From Myxococcota bacterium (lineage in GTDB: Bacteria > Myxococcota_A > SURF-8 > G963663525): 64,000 nucleotides of DNA. A program made the translations under genes and the position numbers. The notes beneath the pieces were generated by a model. That model saw only the letters and a list, made by a program, of their open reading frames with translations, did no database searches and was not told the DNA's origin. The stretch lies in the NCBI GenBank assembly GCA_963676915.2, contig CAXXVK010000072.1, positions 96,001 through 160,000 of the forward strand. The letters run 5' to 3'. Below, one piece after another: positions 26,311 to 35,465 of this stretch. The first letter of the stretch is position 1. Every line of letters begins with the position of its first letter.

Positions 26311-28281
26311 ATGACGATACATTGCCCCAACTGCGGAGTTGGATTCGAACTGGAAGACGGAACGGGAAACCGGGCGGTCTGTCCGTTGTGTTCCCATGAA
26401 TTTCAGGTCGAATCCGATACGGCACCTGCTGGTCAGCCGGTTTCCGCGCCTTCCCTCGCCGAAGAAACGGATTCGGTAGTCGATGACGTTCTTGTTTCCG
26501 TAGCTGCTGGAGAGCCACCCGCGAAACAAGCGGTACCGCAAGAGATTTCTGAACCTCTACCTAAAATTCACTATACCGAACCTCCCTCCGCGAAGCGTGT
26601 TCCTCGAGAACCGGCTGCGTTGACGGAATCTCAGGAAATGCTCTTGGACCTCAGCGTGCGATCCGCACGCAAAGATGCCTCCCAGGAAATTGGCATTCGT
26701 AAAATTCCCTATACCAGTTCCCCAACAGCTGATATTGCTGCAGCGGTGCCACAGATATCCGCCGGTGAACCTCCTGCCAGAAAAGGCACGGAGCCTCCCC
26801 GTGTAGTGATGACACAGGAATTCGGTCAGGTGACCGAAGCACCGATGGCTCCTCCCGAGGAAAGCCAACCGGTAAAAACCCTTTTCATGGATAGCCTTTC
26901 CGTGACGACTCCGGCTCGCGAGCCGGAACCTCGAACGCCGATTTCCCGTGGCGAACCGGACCCGGAATTTCCTTTCCGTAATCAACCGCCAGTTTCGGCA
27001 ACGGAACCAGAACCGCAAACCGTCGCACAAGAACCTTTACCTGCGCTCGAACCTCTCGAAGAGGAGACGCTGGAAGAATTGGAGCCACTTGTCGAGGAAG
27101 AGAAGCAGCCCGATATCCATACGGCTTCAACCATGGAAATCGACCAGATCCGCAGCAAGCCTCCGGCAACGAGAGAAGTTCCTCCGCCCACTCCGAAAAC
27201 TTCAGCGGATGTGCCACAACTCTCTGAATCTGCAAGCCTGTTGGCGGCGGCGATCAGCGGGATGGATACCCCGGAGCCTCAAATCGCTCCCGAGCCTTCT
27301 TCCTCCTCGGTGTCTTCCGAAGTTTCGACCGATCTGCCAGCCATTTCGGATACCCAGGCGGAAACCCTTCCTGCCGTTCCGACACCTGATGTGTCTTCGT
27401 CGCAAAGTGACATGCACATCGAAATCGTGTCCGAAACCGGCGAAGTGTTTCAAGCAAAAACCACCGAGAAAGTCACCGAGAAGCCAAAGATTGAGTCACC
27501 TTCGTCTACGTCTCGAACCGGTCAAATGGAGACAAGCTTTTTCGATAAAAAGGAAGCCGTATCCAGAAGCCAGTACCAGATGGATTTGTCAGATACGGAT
27601 TTTTCCGATCTCGATGACCACGACGCCCACAGGGAAGAGGTACGGAAATTCGCGATTTATTCGTCCATTATTGCGGGTATCATCGTGATTGTTGCCGGTG
27701 GATTGGCGTACATGTTCTACCTGAAATCCGAGGAAAACGGCCATCAGGCAAGTGCCGCCATTTACGAAGAAGAACCCGCCGAAGAGACGGTTTCCGGCTT
27801 CGAGCAAGCCGCCAACGGTACGGTGGATGCTCTTCAGGAGGAAGCTCCCGTCGAAGAACCGATGCAGGAAGCGGTTGCCGTGGCAGAGGAGATCGACGAA
27901 GGGGCATTGGCACAAGACGAACCCGAGCCTGAGCCAGAGCCGGAACCTGAAAAGGTAGTAAAAGAAGACGTCAAACCCGAAAAGAAAACTCCTGCCGAAC
28001 CTGCAGAGTTGTCGGAGGACGAAAAGAAAGCCAAAGCCAGCGAGCATTTGATAGCAGGGAACAATGCGTTGCAAAAAGGTAAATTTGACAGCGCATTGAA
28101 GGAATACAAGAGTGTTCTCAAATACTTCCCACAGTCTTCCGGTGCTTATATGGGAATCGGCTCGGTGTATGCTTCGACGGGAAAAGACGAAAAAGCCCGC
28201 AACGCCTATCAAAAAGCGCTGGATTACGACCCGAACGGTCCCCAAGCCGCCCAACTTCGTCAGATCCTGGGCGTGGAGTAA
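26311..28281 (+). CDS. Zinc-ribbon / Pro-Glu-rich linker / single TM / TPR protein
   Basis: IHCPNC...VCPLC at the N-terminus, one TM helix, C-terminal TPRs ending YQKALDYDPNGPQA. Confidence 0.85.
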   Translation: MTIHCPNCGVGFELEDGTGNRAVCPLCSHEFQVESDTAPAGQPVSAPSLAEETDSVVDDVLVSVAAGEPPAKQAVPQEISEPLPKIHYTEPPSAKRVPREPAALTESQEMLLDLSVRSARKDASQEIGIRKIPYTSSPTADIAAAVPQISAGEPPARKGTEPPRVVMTQEFGQVTEAPMAPPEESQPVKTLFMDSLSVTTPAREPEPRTPISRGEPDPEFPFRNQPPVSATEPEPQTVAQEPLPALEPLEEETLEELEPLVEEEKQPDIHTASTMEIDQIRSKPPATREVPPPTPKTSADVPQLSESASLLAAAISGMDTPEPQIAPEPSSSSVSSEVSTDLPAISDTQAETLPAVPTPDVSSSQSDMHIEIVSETGEVFQAKTTEKVTEKPKIESPSSTSRTGQMETSFFDKKEAVSRSQYQMDLSDTDFSDLDDHDAHREEVRKFAIYSSIIAGIIVIVAGGLAYMFYLKSEENGHQASAAIYEEEPAEETVSGFEQAANGTVDALQEEAPVEEPMQEAVAVAEEIDEGALAQDEPEPEPEPEPEKVVKEDVKPEKKTPAEPAELSEDEKKAKASEHLIAGNNALQKGKFDSALKEYKSVLKYFPQSSGAYMGIGSVYASTGKDEKARNAYQKALDYDPNGPQAAQLRQILGVE

Positions 28282-28288
28282 CCTCGCC

Positions 28289-29032
28289 ATGTCCGGCTCT
28301 GTTTTTTCGCGCCGGAATGTCATCAAGGGACTTCAAACGCTTGAAACGATTCTGTTTCCTTCTCGCTGCTGGTTGTGCGACTCATGGAGCGTCCAGCCGT
28401 CGAAACCTCTTTGCGCAACATGCTTGGGGCAGATGGAAGTCGTTGCACGTCCTCGCTGCCCTACCTGTTCCCTTCCATTACAGAACTCCGATGACGAATG
28501 CCCGGATTGCCGCCATTGGCCGGAACCACGAGTTGTGGTTCGTGCTCCATTCCGATTCGAGGGGGCTGTCCGTCGATTGATTCATCGTGCGAAATTCAAC
28601 GGCGCAGCCGAGTTGGGACCGATTGCCGCGAAATTGATGCTTCCGTATGCCGTTAAATGGTATGGCGCGGATACCCGTTGGCGACTTGTACCGGTTCCCT
28701 CGCATGATCGAACGCTTTGGGAAAAAGGCTATAGTTTTCCGGCGATTATGGCTCGGTTCCTCGCACGGGACATGCAGCGAAACGTTTTTCCCACGGCTCT
28801 TTCCAAAATATCTTTGACCCCTCCTCAGCGAGAGTTGAAAGCGGATTTGAGGCGCGACAACCCCGCCGGGACGTTCGCCGTTCGCCAGCCGAAAAACATC
28901 GAGAATCAATCCATTTTATTGATTGACGATGTGGCAACGACCTGCGCAACGGTCCATCACGCCGCCAAAGCGCTGGTTGACGGCGGGGCGGCACGGGTCG
29001 AGGCCTTGGTGCTTGCACGTTCCGTTCGGTAA
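28289..29032 (+). CDS. comF: ComF family protein (double zinc ribbon + phosphoribosyltransferase)
   Basis: LFPSRCWLC..LCATC..RCPTC..CPDC, LVPVPSH, ILLIDDVATT; start ATG 28289 after GGAG. Confidence 0.9.
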   Translation: MSGSVFSRRNVIKGLQTLETILFPSRCWLCDSWSVQPSKPLCATCLGQMEVVARPRCPTCSLPLQNSDDECPDCRHWPEPRVVVRAPFRFEGAVRRLIHRAKFNGAAELGPIAAKLMLPYAVKWYGADTRWRLVPVPSHDRTLWEKGYSFPAIMARFLARDMQRNVFPTALSKISLTPPQRELKADLRRDNPAGTFAVRQPKNIENQSILLIDDVATTCATVHHAAKALVDGGAARVEALVLARSVR

Positions 29033-29171
29033 AGTGGTAAGATTCGTTGGGTTTCCACCGTACCTTTTTTCCTTCAATTTCCTTGTTTTTCTCTTTGTGA
29101 CGCTTACCTTTTGGGTGGATTGACACCGAACCCGGCCCATATGCCGATTCTGATTTCAAGGGAGAAAAAAT

Positions 29172-30845
29172 ATGTCGGATTTCAAACTGTTGCCTCATCC
29201 CGATTTCGAGGGAGTGAAAAAGCCGCTCGTGTTGATGATTCTCGATGGTGTGGGTATGTACCGGGGCGAAGCGCAAGGCTATGGAGGAAACGCTTTCGAT
29301 AAGGCACGAACGCCGGTTCTGGACGCTCTGCTCGGTGGGCGGTTGACCACCAAATTGAAAGCTCACGGTACGGCGGTGGGTATGCCGTCGGACGGTGACA
29401 TGGGTAACAGCGAAATCGGTCACAACGCGCTAGGAGCGGGGCGGATTTTCGATCAGGGTGCGAAACTGGTGCAAAAAGCCATTGAATCGGGCGAGTTGTT
29501 CGAAGGAAAAACCTGGAAAGAGCAGGTCGAACGAGTCAAAACGCGAAAAAGTGCGCTGCATTTTATCGGGTTGCTCTCGGATGGTAACGTGCACAGTCAT
29601 ATCGAACATCTGTTGGCGATGATTTCCCGAGCCGACCGGGAAGGAGTCGAAAAACTTTTCGTGCATCCGTTGCTCGATGGTCGGGATGTGGACGAAACCA
29701 GCGCTCATCTGTATCTCGACCGTTTGGAAAAGCATCTCGAAACGTTTCGTAAAAACGGACGGTCGTATCATATCGCATCGGGCGGTGGACGTATGGGCGT
29801 GACGATGGACCGCTACGAGGCCGACTGGAGTATCGTAGAGCGCGGATGGACAACCCACGTTAAAGGCGAAGGGCAGCGTTTTGCCTCTGCGATGGAAGCG
29901 CTCGAAAGCTTGCGGAAGGACATTCCTGGCGTGATCGATCAGGATCTGCCGCCTTTCGTCATCGAAGGTCCGGACGGTGGACCGATCGGACCCATTGTGG
30001 ATGGCGACGCGGTGATTTTCTTCAATTTCCGGGGGGATCGGGCTATCGAGATTTCCAGAGCGTTTACGGAAGAGAATTTTGACGCATTTCCACGGGGAGA
30101 GCTTCCCGATGTTCTTTATGCCGGAATGATGGAGTACGATGGCGATCGCCACATCCCACCGCGCTTTTTGCAGGAACCGCCGAATATCGACCGGACGTTG
30201 TCCGAATATCTCGTGCATAACGGAAAACGCCAGTTTGCGATCAGCGAGACGCAGAAATTCGGACACGTGACGTATTTCTGGAATGGCAACAACTCTGAGA
30301 AATTCGATGAAAATCTGGAAGACTGGATGGAAATCGAGTCCGACCGCATTCGTTTCGACAAAAAGCCGGAAATGAAAGCGGTGGAAATCACTCGTGAAGT
30401 CATTGCCGCCATTTCGAAGGACTACGATTTTATCCGAGTGAATTATGCCAACGGGGACATGGTGGGTCATACCGGATCTCTTGACGCCGCCGTCATCGCT
30501 ATGGAAACCGTGGATCGCTGCCTGGGTGACGTGCTCGACGCCGTGAAGGCCGCTGGTGGAACGTTGGTTGTTACCGCCGACCATGGCAACTGCGACATGA
30601 TGTGGGAAGTCAACAAGAAGACGGGCGAAGTCAAGGCAGACGCCGAAGGCCGCCCGGCTGCGAAAACCGCGCATACGCTCAATCCCGTTCCCTTGATGTT
30701 GGTAACGCCCGACGAGGAGCGCATCGGCTTGCGGGACGATCTCGACACCCCCGGTCTGGCCAATGTGGCTGCTACGCTGCTCAACCTGATGGGATACGCC
30801 GAGCCGGAGGGCTATCGTCCGGGACTGCTGACATTTAAAGTATGA
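29172..30845 (+). CDS. gpmI: 2,3-bisphosphoglycerate-independent phosphoglycerate mutase
   Basis: LMILDG, MGNSEIGH, GLLSDGNVHSH, FNFRGDR, NGDMVGHTG, TADHGN. Confidence 0.97.
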   Translation: MSDFKLLPHPDFEGVKKPLVLMILDGVGMYRGEAQGYGGNAFDKARTPVLDALLGGRLTTKLKAHGTAVGMPSDGDMGNSEIGHNALGAGRIFDQGAKLVQKAIESGELFEGKTWKEQVERVKTRKSALHFIGLLSDGNVHSHIEHLLAMISRADREGVEKLFVHPLLDGRDVDETSAHLYLDRLEKHLETFRKNGRSYHIASGGGRMGVTMDRYEADWSIVERGWTTHVKGEGQRFASAMEALESLRKDIPGVIDQDLPPFVIEGPDGGPIGPIVDGDAVIFFNFRGDRAIEISRAFTEENFDAFPRGELPDVLYAGMMEYDGDRHIPPRFLQEPPNIDRTLSEYLVHNGKRQFAISETQKFGHVTYFWNGNNSEKFDENLEDWMEIESDRIRFDKKPEMKAVEITREVIAAISKDYDFIRVNYANGDMVGHTGSLDAAVIAMETVDRCLGDVLDAVKAAGGTLVVTADHGNCDMMWEVNKKTGEVKADAEGRPAAKTAHTLNPVPLMLVTPDEERIGLRDDLDTPGLANVAATLLNLMGYAEPEGYRPGLLTFKV

Positions 30846-30884
30846 TGTAGAATCGTCTTCACCACGAAGTTCGAAACGTGATCG

Positions 30885-30924
30885 GGGAGGTGTTGTGCCA
30901 AATGTACGACGCCTCCCTTTTTTT
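30885..30924 (+). terminator. Rho-independent terminator after gpmI
   Basis: 14-bp stem GGGAGGTGTTGTGC/GTACGACGCCTCCC (with G-U pairs, so it folds on the + strand) followed by T7. Confidence 0.85.
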
Positions 30925-31277
30925 ATGTTTTTTCTCATTTATATTTCTGGAAAAATTTTTAATAAAAAACAATCCCAAAATGAAACCCGTGACGGTTTCG
31001 TGGCTCTGGATAAGTAGTGGAACCATTTGACGCGAATTTTCGTAGAGTGGAGCGGACACGATGCATAAAAGACCGACAACCAAAGGCGTAACGACGAATC
31101 AACCAGTTAGCGAGGTTCGGATGAAAAGCACGACGTTGCATGGTCTGTTATGTTTCAAGTTCAGGGATCTTTACTAAAATAAGCTCTTATATGAGTTGCC
31201 TTTTCAATGTTGTTTCCTTACAATATATAGATGATGCAAATCACAAGACCGATCCTTACCATCTAAAGGAGGACACG

Positions 31278-31727
31278 ATGACCAAGAAAGTTTTGATTGT
31301 GGACGACGATGTGAATAACCGGGATTTTCTGAGCACGGTATTGAAGAAAAACGGCTATGAGTCCGCACTTGCCAAAGACGGCGTGGAAGGTTTTGAAATG
31401 CTCAAAGCCGCCCCGCCCGACGTAGTGGTGCTAGACGTGATGATGCCGCGCAAGACCGGTTTCGTTTTCTTCAAACAGATGAAACGAGATGACGCCCTCA
31501 AGGACATTCCCGTCATCATGCTGACCGCTATTGCCGGAATCATGGAAGAGGACAAGACCAAGGACACCAACTGGACCATCGGCGAAATCAAAGACGCCTT
31601 CCAGGAGAAAATGGAGAACATGGTCGAGTCGTTCCGTTCGGAAGGCGAGATGAAGCCGGAAATGTTCCTGGACAAGCCGATTCAGCCGGACAAATTCATC
31701 GAGGCGATCAAGCAGGTTATCGGGTAG
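31278..31727 (+). CDS. Single-domain response regulator with internal insertion
   Basis: VLIVDDD, VLDVMMP, MLTA, DKP; AAGGAGG RBS before ATG 31278. Confidence 0.92.
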   Translation: MTKKVLIVDDDVNNRDFLSTVLKKNGYESALAKDGVEGFEMLKAAPPDVVVLDVMMPRKTGFVFFKQMKRDDALKDIPVIMLTAIAGIMEEDKTKDTNWTIGEIKDAFQEKMENMVESFRSEGEMKPEMFLDKPIQPDKFIEAIKQVIG

Positions 31728-31766
31728 CCACGATCTCGTCACGCAGAGAATTTTCGGGAGGCTCGG

Positions 31767-33626
31767 ATGGAAGGCACGCCGAAAATAAAATCCGTCATTA
31801 TTGGCGGTGGCAAAGCCGCCCGAGCCATTCTCGAACTGGTTTCTTCGAAGAAACTGACGGTGTTCGACCTGGAAATTCTTTGCGTCGTCGATCCCAACCC
31901 CAACGCTCCCGGTACGCTATTTGCCAACGAGCACTGGTGGCCGACGCTCGACAGTATCGAAGAGGCGTTGCAGCTCCCCGACCTTCAAATGGTCATCGAG
32001 CTGACCGGCGACAACAAAGTACTTGCCGATTTGTACAAGTGGGTGCCCGAAGGCGTTCGTGTGATGGATCACCTCACCGCTCGGATTTTCTGGGACGTAT
32101 ACGAGTACGATCGAGCCTTCGTGCGCGAGATGAACGCCAAAGCTGCGTTGCAAAAGCAGCTTGAAAAAGAACGTCAGCAGCTACAAAACATTCTGAACAG
32201 TCTGCCCGATGTCGTCATGGTCGTGAACATGGACCAGAAAATCGAGTGGGCCAATGAAAAATTCGCGAAGGTGACGGGGACCAATTGTCTCGAAGCCCGT
32301 GGCCGGAAGTGCTGGGAAACGTTCTGCAAGCATCCGAAACCGGATGACACCCCCCAGACGCCTTGCGCCTGTCGTCGGGTGATGACGACGGGCAAGCCCG
32401 TGGTCCTGCATACCTCGCGCTATGTCGATGAATTCGACACCAAGCATTATCAAATCACCGCCAACCCGATCTTCGACGAAAACGGGAAAATGGTGCAAGT
32501 GGTTGAAACCTCGCGAGACATCACCCATTTGATCAAGCTTCAAAGGGAGACGGAGCGCTCGGAAAAACTGTTCCGGCAACTCATCGATACGGCGCAGGAA
32601 TTTATCTGGATCAAAGATATGGACGGCGCGTATACGGTAATCAATCAGACCGCCGCGATGTTTTTCGGGAAATCCCCCAAGGAGATTCTCGGTCATTACG
32701 ACGAGGATTTTTTGCCACAGGATGTCGCCGAGGTATTTAGCGCGGGATACAAACAGGTTCTGGAAAGCAAAACCCACCTTTGCTTTACCGAAACCATTCG
32801 TCTCAACGACAACGAGAACACGCTGCTCACCTGCCGATTTCCGTTGCTGGATGTCAACGGCGATGTGACGGGAATTTGCACCATCGCAAGGGATGTCACG
32901 GAAGAAAAACGACTGGAAAAGAAGCTGCTACGTTCCGAACGACTCGCTGCGGTGGGAAAAGCCGTCGGTGGATTGGCGCACGACATCAAGAACATTCTCA
33001 ATGGATTCCAAGGCGCCGAATATGTTCTGGATTACGGCATGGAAATCGGTGACATGGACGAAGTACGCAAAGGCATGCGCATCGTCAGTCGAAATATCGA
33101 GCGTGTCTCGATGATGGTGCAGAACATGCTTGCCTACGCCAAAGACCGCAAACCGACCCTGCAACGGGTCACGCCGCACAAAATGATCGAGGAAATCTGC
33201 GAGTCCATGACACCGACTCTCACCGAAGCGGGCATCGTGCTGGAATGCAGTGCCGTGGAAGGTGAAAACATTCTGCTCGATACCACGTTGATCCATCGGG
33301 TGTTGCTCAACCTCGTTTCGAATGCCGTCGATGCTTGCAACGAGAAGATTTATGCCGAGAACGAGCAACCGGCGATTCGCATAATGGCGGACTGGCTGGA
33401 TCAGGATACCTACACGATCGACGTGTCCGACAATGGCGTCGGCATGACCGAAAAGGTCAAGCAGCATCTTTTCCAACAGTTTTTCTCCACCAAAGGATCT
33501 CGTGGGACCGGTTTCGGCCTGTCTGTGAGTCAAAAACTGGTAGGTGAAATGGGTGGTGAACTGGACGTGGAGTCCACGTATGGTGAAGGCACCACAATGC
33601 GAATCAAGCTTCCCTCCAAAAGCTGA
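31767..33626 (+). CDS. Multi-PAS sensor histidine kinase with Rossmann-like N-terminal domain
   Basis: IIGGGKAA N-terminus, two PAS domains, GLAHDIKN, NLVSNAVDA, DNGVG, FSTKGSRGTGFGL. Confidence 0.93.
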   Translation: MEGTPKIKSVIIGGGKAARAILELVSSKKLTVFDLEILCVVDPNPNAPGTLFANEHWWPTLDSIEEALQLPDLQMVIELTGDNKVLADLYKWVPEGVRVMDHLTARIFWDVYEYDRAFVREMNAKAALQKQLEKERQQLQNILNSLPDVVMVVNMDQKIEWANEKFAKVTGTNCLEARGRKCWETFCKHPKPDDTPQTPCACRRVMTTGKPVVLHTSRYVDEFDTKHYQITANPIFDENGKMVQVVETSRDITHLIKLQRETERSEKLFRQLIDTAQEFIWIKDMDGAYTVINQTAAMFFGKSPKEILGHYDEDFLPQDVAEVFSAGYKQVLESKTHLCFTETIRLNDNENTLLTCRFPLLDVNGDVTGICTIARDVTEEKRLEKKLLRSERLAAVGKAVGGLAHDIKNILNGFQGAEYVLDYGMEIGDMDEVRKGMRIVSRNIERVSMMVQNMLAYAKDRKPTLQRVTPHKMIEEICESMTPTLTEAGIVLECSAVEGENILLDTTLIHRVLLNLVSNAVDACNEKIYAENEQPAIRIMADWLDQDTYTIDVSDNGVGMTEKVKQHLFQQFFSTKGSRGTGFGLSVSQKLVGEMGGELDVESTYGEGTTMRIKLPSKS

Positions 33627-33924
33627 ATGTTTTTAAAAAGTTGGGGAATGATTGATCGCTTGAGAGAAGCGAACGTTGCTCTGTTGCGAGTGAGATCCGC
33701 CGCTAATCCGAATAATATATGAAAACATGCCTGGAATCCTTTCAATGGGCGTGAATGAAAATGTCGGGAAATGGCATTTCTCGCACGAAATCAATTATCG
33801 TGTAACTATTTGGAATCACAACATTATCTGTTTTTAGTGATGAATCCTGACAATTATTGCACCGAAAATGCAAGAAACAGAAATATGCTGTTTCCCTAAA
33901 AAAAATACGCCGCATTTCAATCCA

Positions 33925-33953
33925 TTGACATAGCACTTGTTTTTCGTTATCTT
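33925..33953 (+). promoter_or_regulatory. Sigma70-type promoter
   Basis: TTGACA-N17-TATCTT. Confidence 0.6.
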
Positions 33954-34214
33954 TATATAAGAGAAGATGGTGATTTGGGTTAGCTACCGTTGCGTTGCGA
34001 AAAAAAGCTGAGAATACATCCGGGTGGGAACCGGAGGTGTGTGCCGTTTCGATAGGGGCGGGTGGAATGGTTTGGATTCGTGAAGGGCGAATTCTTTAGA
34101 GCAAGGTTTGGTGACTCGTTACGAGTTGTAGGTACTTTGACTTTTTTACAACTGTTTGTGGGATGGAGAACCGTTTGTGTTTCTCCCGTTTCGCCCATGT
34201 GGGAGGGGGACATT

Positions 34215-34532
34215 ATGTCTGAGCGGTATATTTTGGATATTGAAGCCGGAATCGTTCACTACGCCATGAAACGCGATCCTCGATGCAACCTGCATCGTCT
34301 TCACAATGCAGTTTACGTGGATGAAATCTGGCCGGTCATGAAGCGGGATCTGAAGATTCGAAAATCGATGTCCGATCTTTTCAAAAAATTCATTGTGAAA
34401 GTTTCGAGTGAAGGCATGGAGCGCGCTCTCGTCCGTGAGTTGCGTACGTTGCACGAAAAAACGCAAGAGGGTTTCGATGCCTGCCCGTGGTGTATGCCGG
34501 AGCTTTCCAGAGATCCCAAAGCCAAGCGCTGA
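34215..34532 (+). CDS. Small hypothetical protein with His/Cys putative metal ligands
   Basis: GGAGGGGG RBS before ATG 34215; IVH..RC...GFDACPWC. Confidence 0.65.
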   Translation: MSERYILDIEAGIVHYAMKRDPRCNLHRLHNAVYVDEIWPVMKRDLKIRKSMSDLFKKFIVKVSSEGMERALVRELRTLHEKTQEGFDACPWCMPELSRDPKAKR

Positions 34533-34842
34533 AAAATCATTGGGGGGACAATGCAGGTCTTGTTTGCTCTGAAACAGGATGTTTGCGCTGTATGCTTCGA
34601 TTGACAGTCATAAAGGAGATATTTTTCCCTTGTGATTGGAGAGACGTGGGAATCTTTGACAAAATGGACCTGTTCTTTCCTGCCTGAGTGTCGTGAATTG
34701 TCGGTTTCAAACCGCTTTCGACGGATGTTCAACACGGTGTCTGTGGAAATTCCGACACTTCCCATCCATTTGGAATCATTGAACTTTAACGTGACGGAAA
34801 ACCAACGGATCAGAAAAAAATACATGCAAAAATCGATACATA

Positions 34843-34953
34843 TAACGTATTGATTTTACTGGCTTTCGCAGAAAGTTCATTTTTTTTCGGATTTTTCGGA
34901 ATAGAAAACGTCCTAAAAGCGTTCCAATTAATGAAAGCGGCACGTATCCTGCA
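34843..34953 (+). promoter_or_regulatory. Sigma54 (-24/-12) promoter with upstream IHF-like site
   Basis: CGGCACGTATCCTGCA (GG-N10-GC, 34938-34953); TAACGTATTGATT (34843-34855) is the reverse complement of WATCAANNNNTTR. Confidence 0.65.
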
Positions 34954-34963
34954 TTTACCTTGT

Positions 34964-35065
34964 AAATGCACGTAGTCTTGAAGTCCTACCTTGTCAATCC
35001 TCCTAATTCTCCTCCTCCTCCCCTCCGGGAATCGGGAAACCGATTCCCACCCACCCTCCTTTTGT
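34964..35065 (+). ncRNA. Candidate sigma54-dependent CU-rich small RNA
   Basis: Directly downstream of the sigma54 promoter; six CCUCC motifs; perfect 9-bp hairpin with GAAA tetraloop (35027-35048); the next gene has its own sigma70 promoter. Confidence 0.5.
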
Positions 35066-35082
35066 TCTTATTCCTTCATTTC

Positions 35083-35111
35083 TTGACAGCGGCGGTAACC
35101 TTGGATACCAT
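35083..35111 (+). promoter_or_regulatory. Sigma70-type promoter
   Basis: TTGACA-N17-TACCAT. Confidence 0.65.
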
Positions 35112-35144
35112 CCGGGCTTCCAAGATAGGAATGGAGTGCTTAAC

Positions 35145-35441
35145 ATGCCGAAAATAAACATCTCTTCCCATCATAACCACGAATGGACCGAGTTGACGCG
35201 ACGGGTGGAGGATTACCTTCTCAAGTTGCGGGACGAAAAGCTTCGGAGTGTCGATTTGCATTTCAAGTGGACCGATGCCGACAAGAAACGTGCCGAGTTC
35301 AAAGGCAAGGGGTTCGATGGGTATATTACGTTGACACAAGACGAGATATCGTTGCACGTCAATTTGAGTATGATGCTTTCTCCCTTCAAATCCAAGGTCG
35401 AGCAATCCATGAAAAACGGCCTGGAAAAAGCCATGCAATAA
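35145..35441 (+). CDS. Polyhydroxyalkanoic acid system (PHA_gran_rgn) family protein
   Basis: ~98 aa; MPKINISSHH...FKW...AEFKGKGFDG...LSMMLSPFKSKVE pattern. Confidence 0.75.
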   Translation: MPKINISSHHNHEWTELTRRVEDYLLKLRDEKLRSVDLHFKWTDADKKRAEFKGKGFDGYITLTQDEISLHVNLSMMLSPFKSKVEQSMKNGLEKAMQ

Positions 35442-35465
35442 ACGATAGCCGCCAAGGGGGCCGAA

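Noticed and set aside
27918-27951. Short tandem repeat GARCCN
   Set aside because: Encodes a Glu-Pro linker with synonymous variation; not a DNA-level repeat element.
31126-31141. Possible sigma54 promoter AAGCACGACGTTGCA
   Set aside because: No GG at -24 and spacing is 9 rather than 10 nt.
34007-34061. TPP-riboswitch-like words (GCTGAGA-ATAC...GAACC)
   Set aside because: Lacks the CUGAU/UAAU/GCGNAGG core, and the downstream gene is not thiamine-related. Kept only as a generic structured leader.
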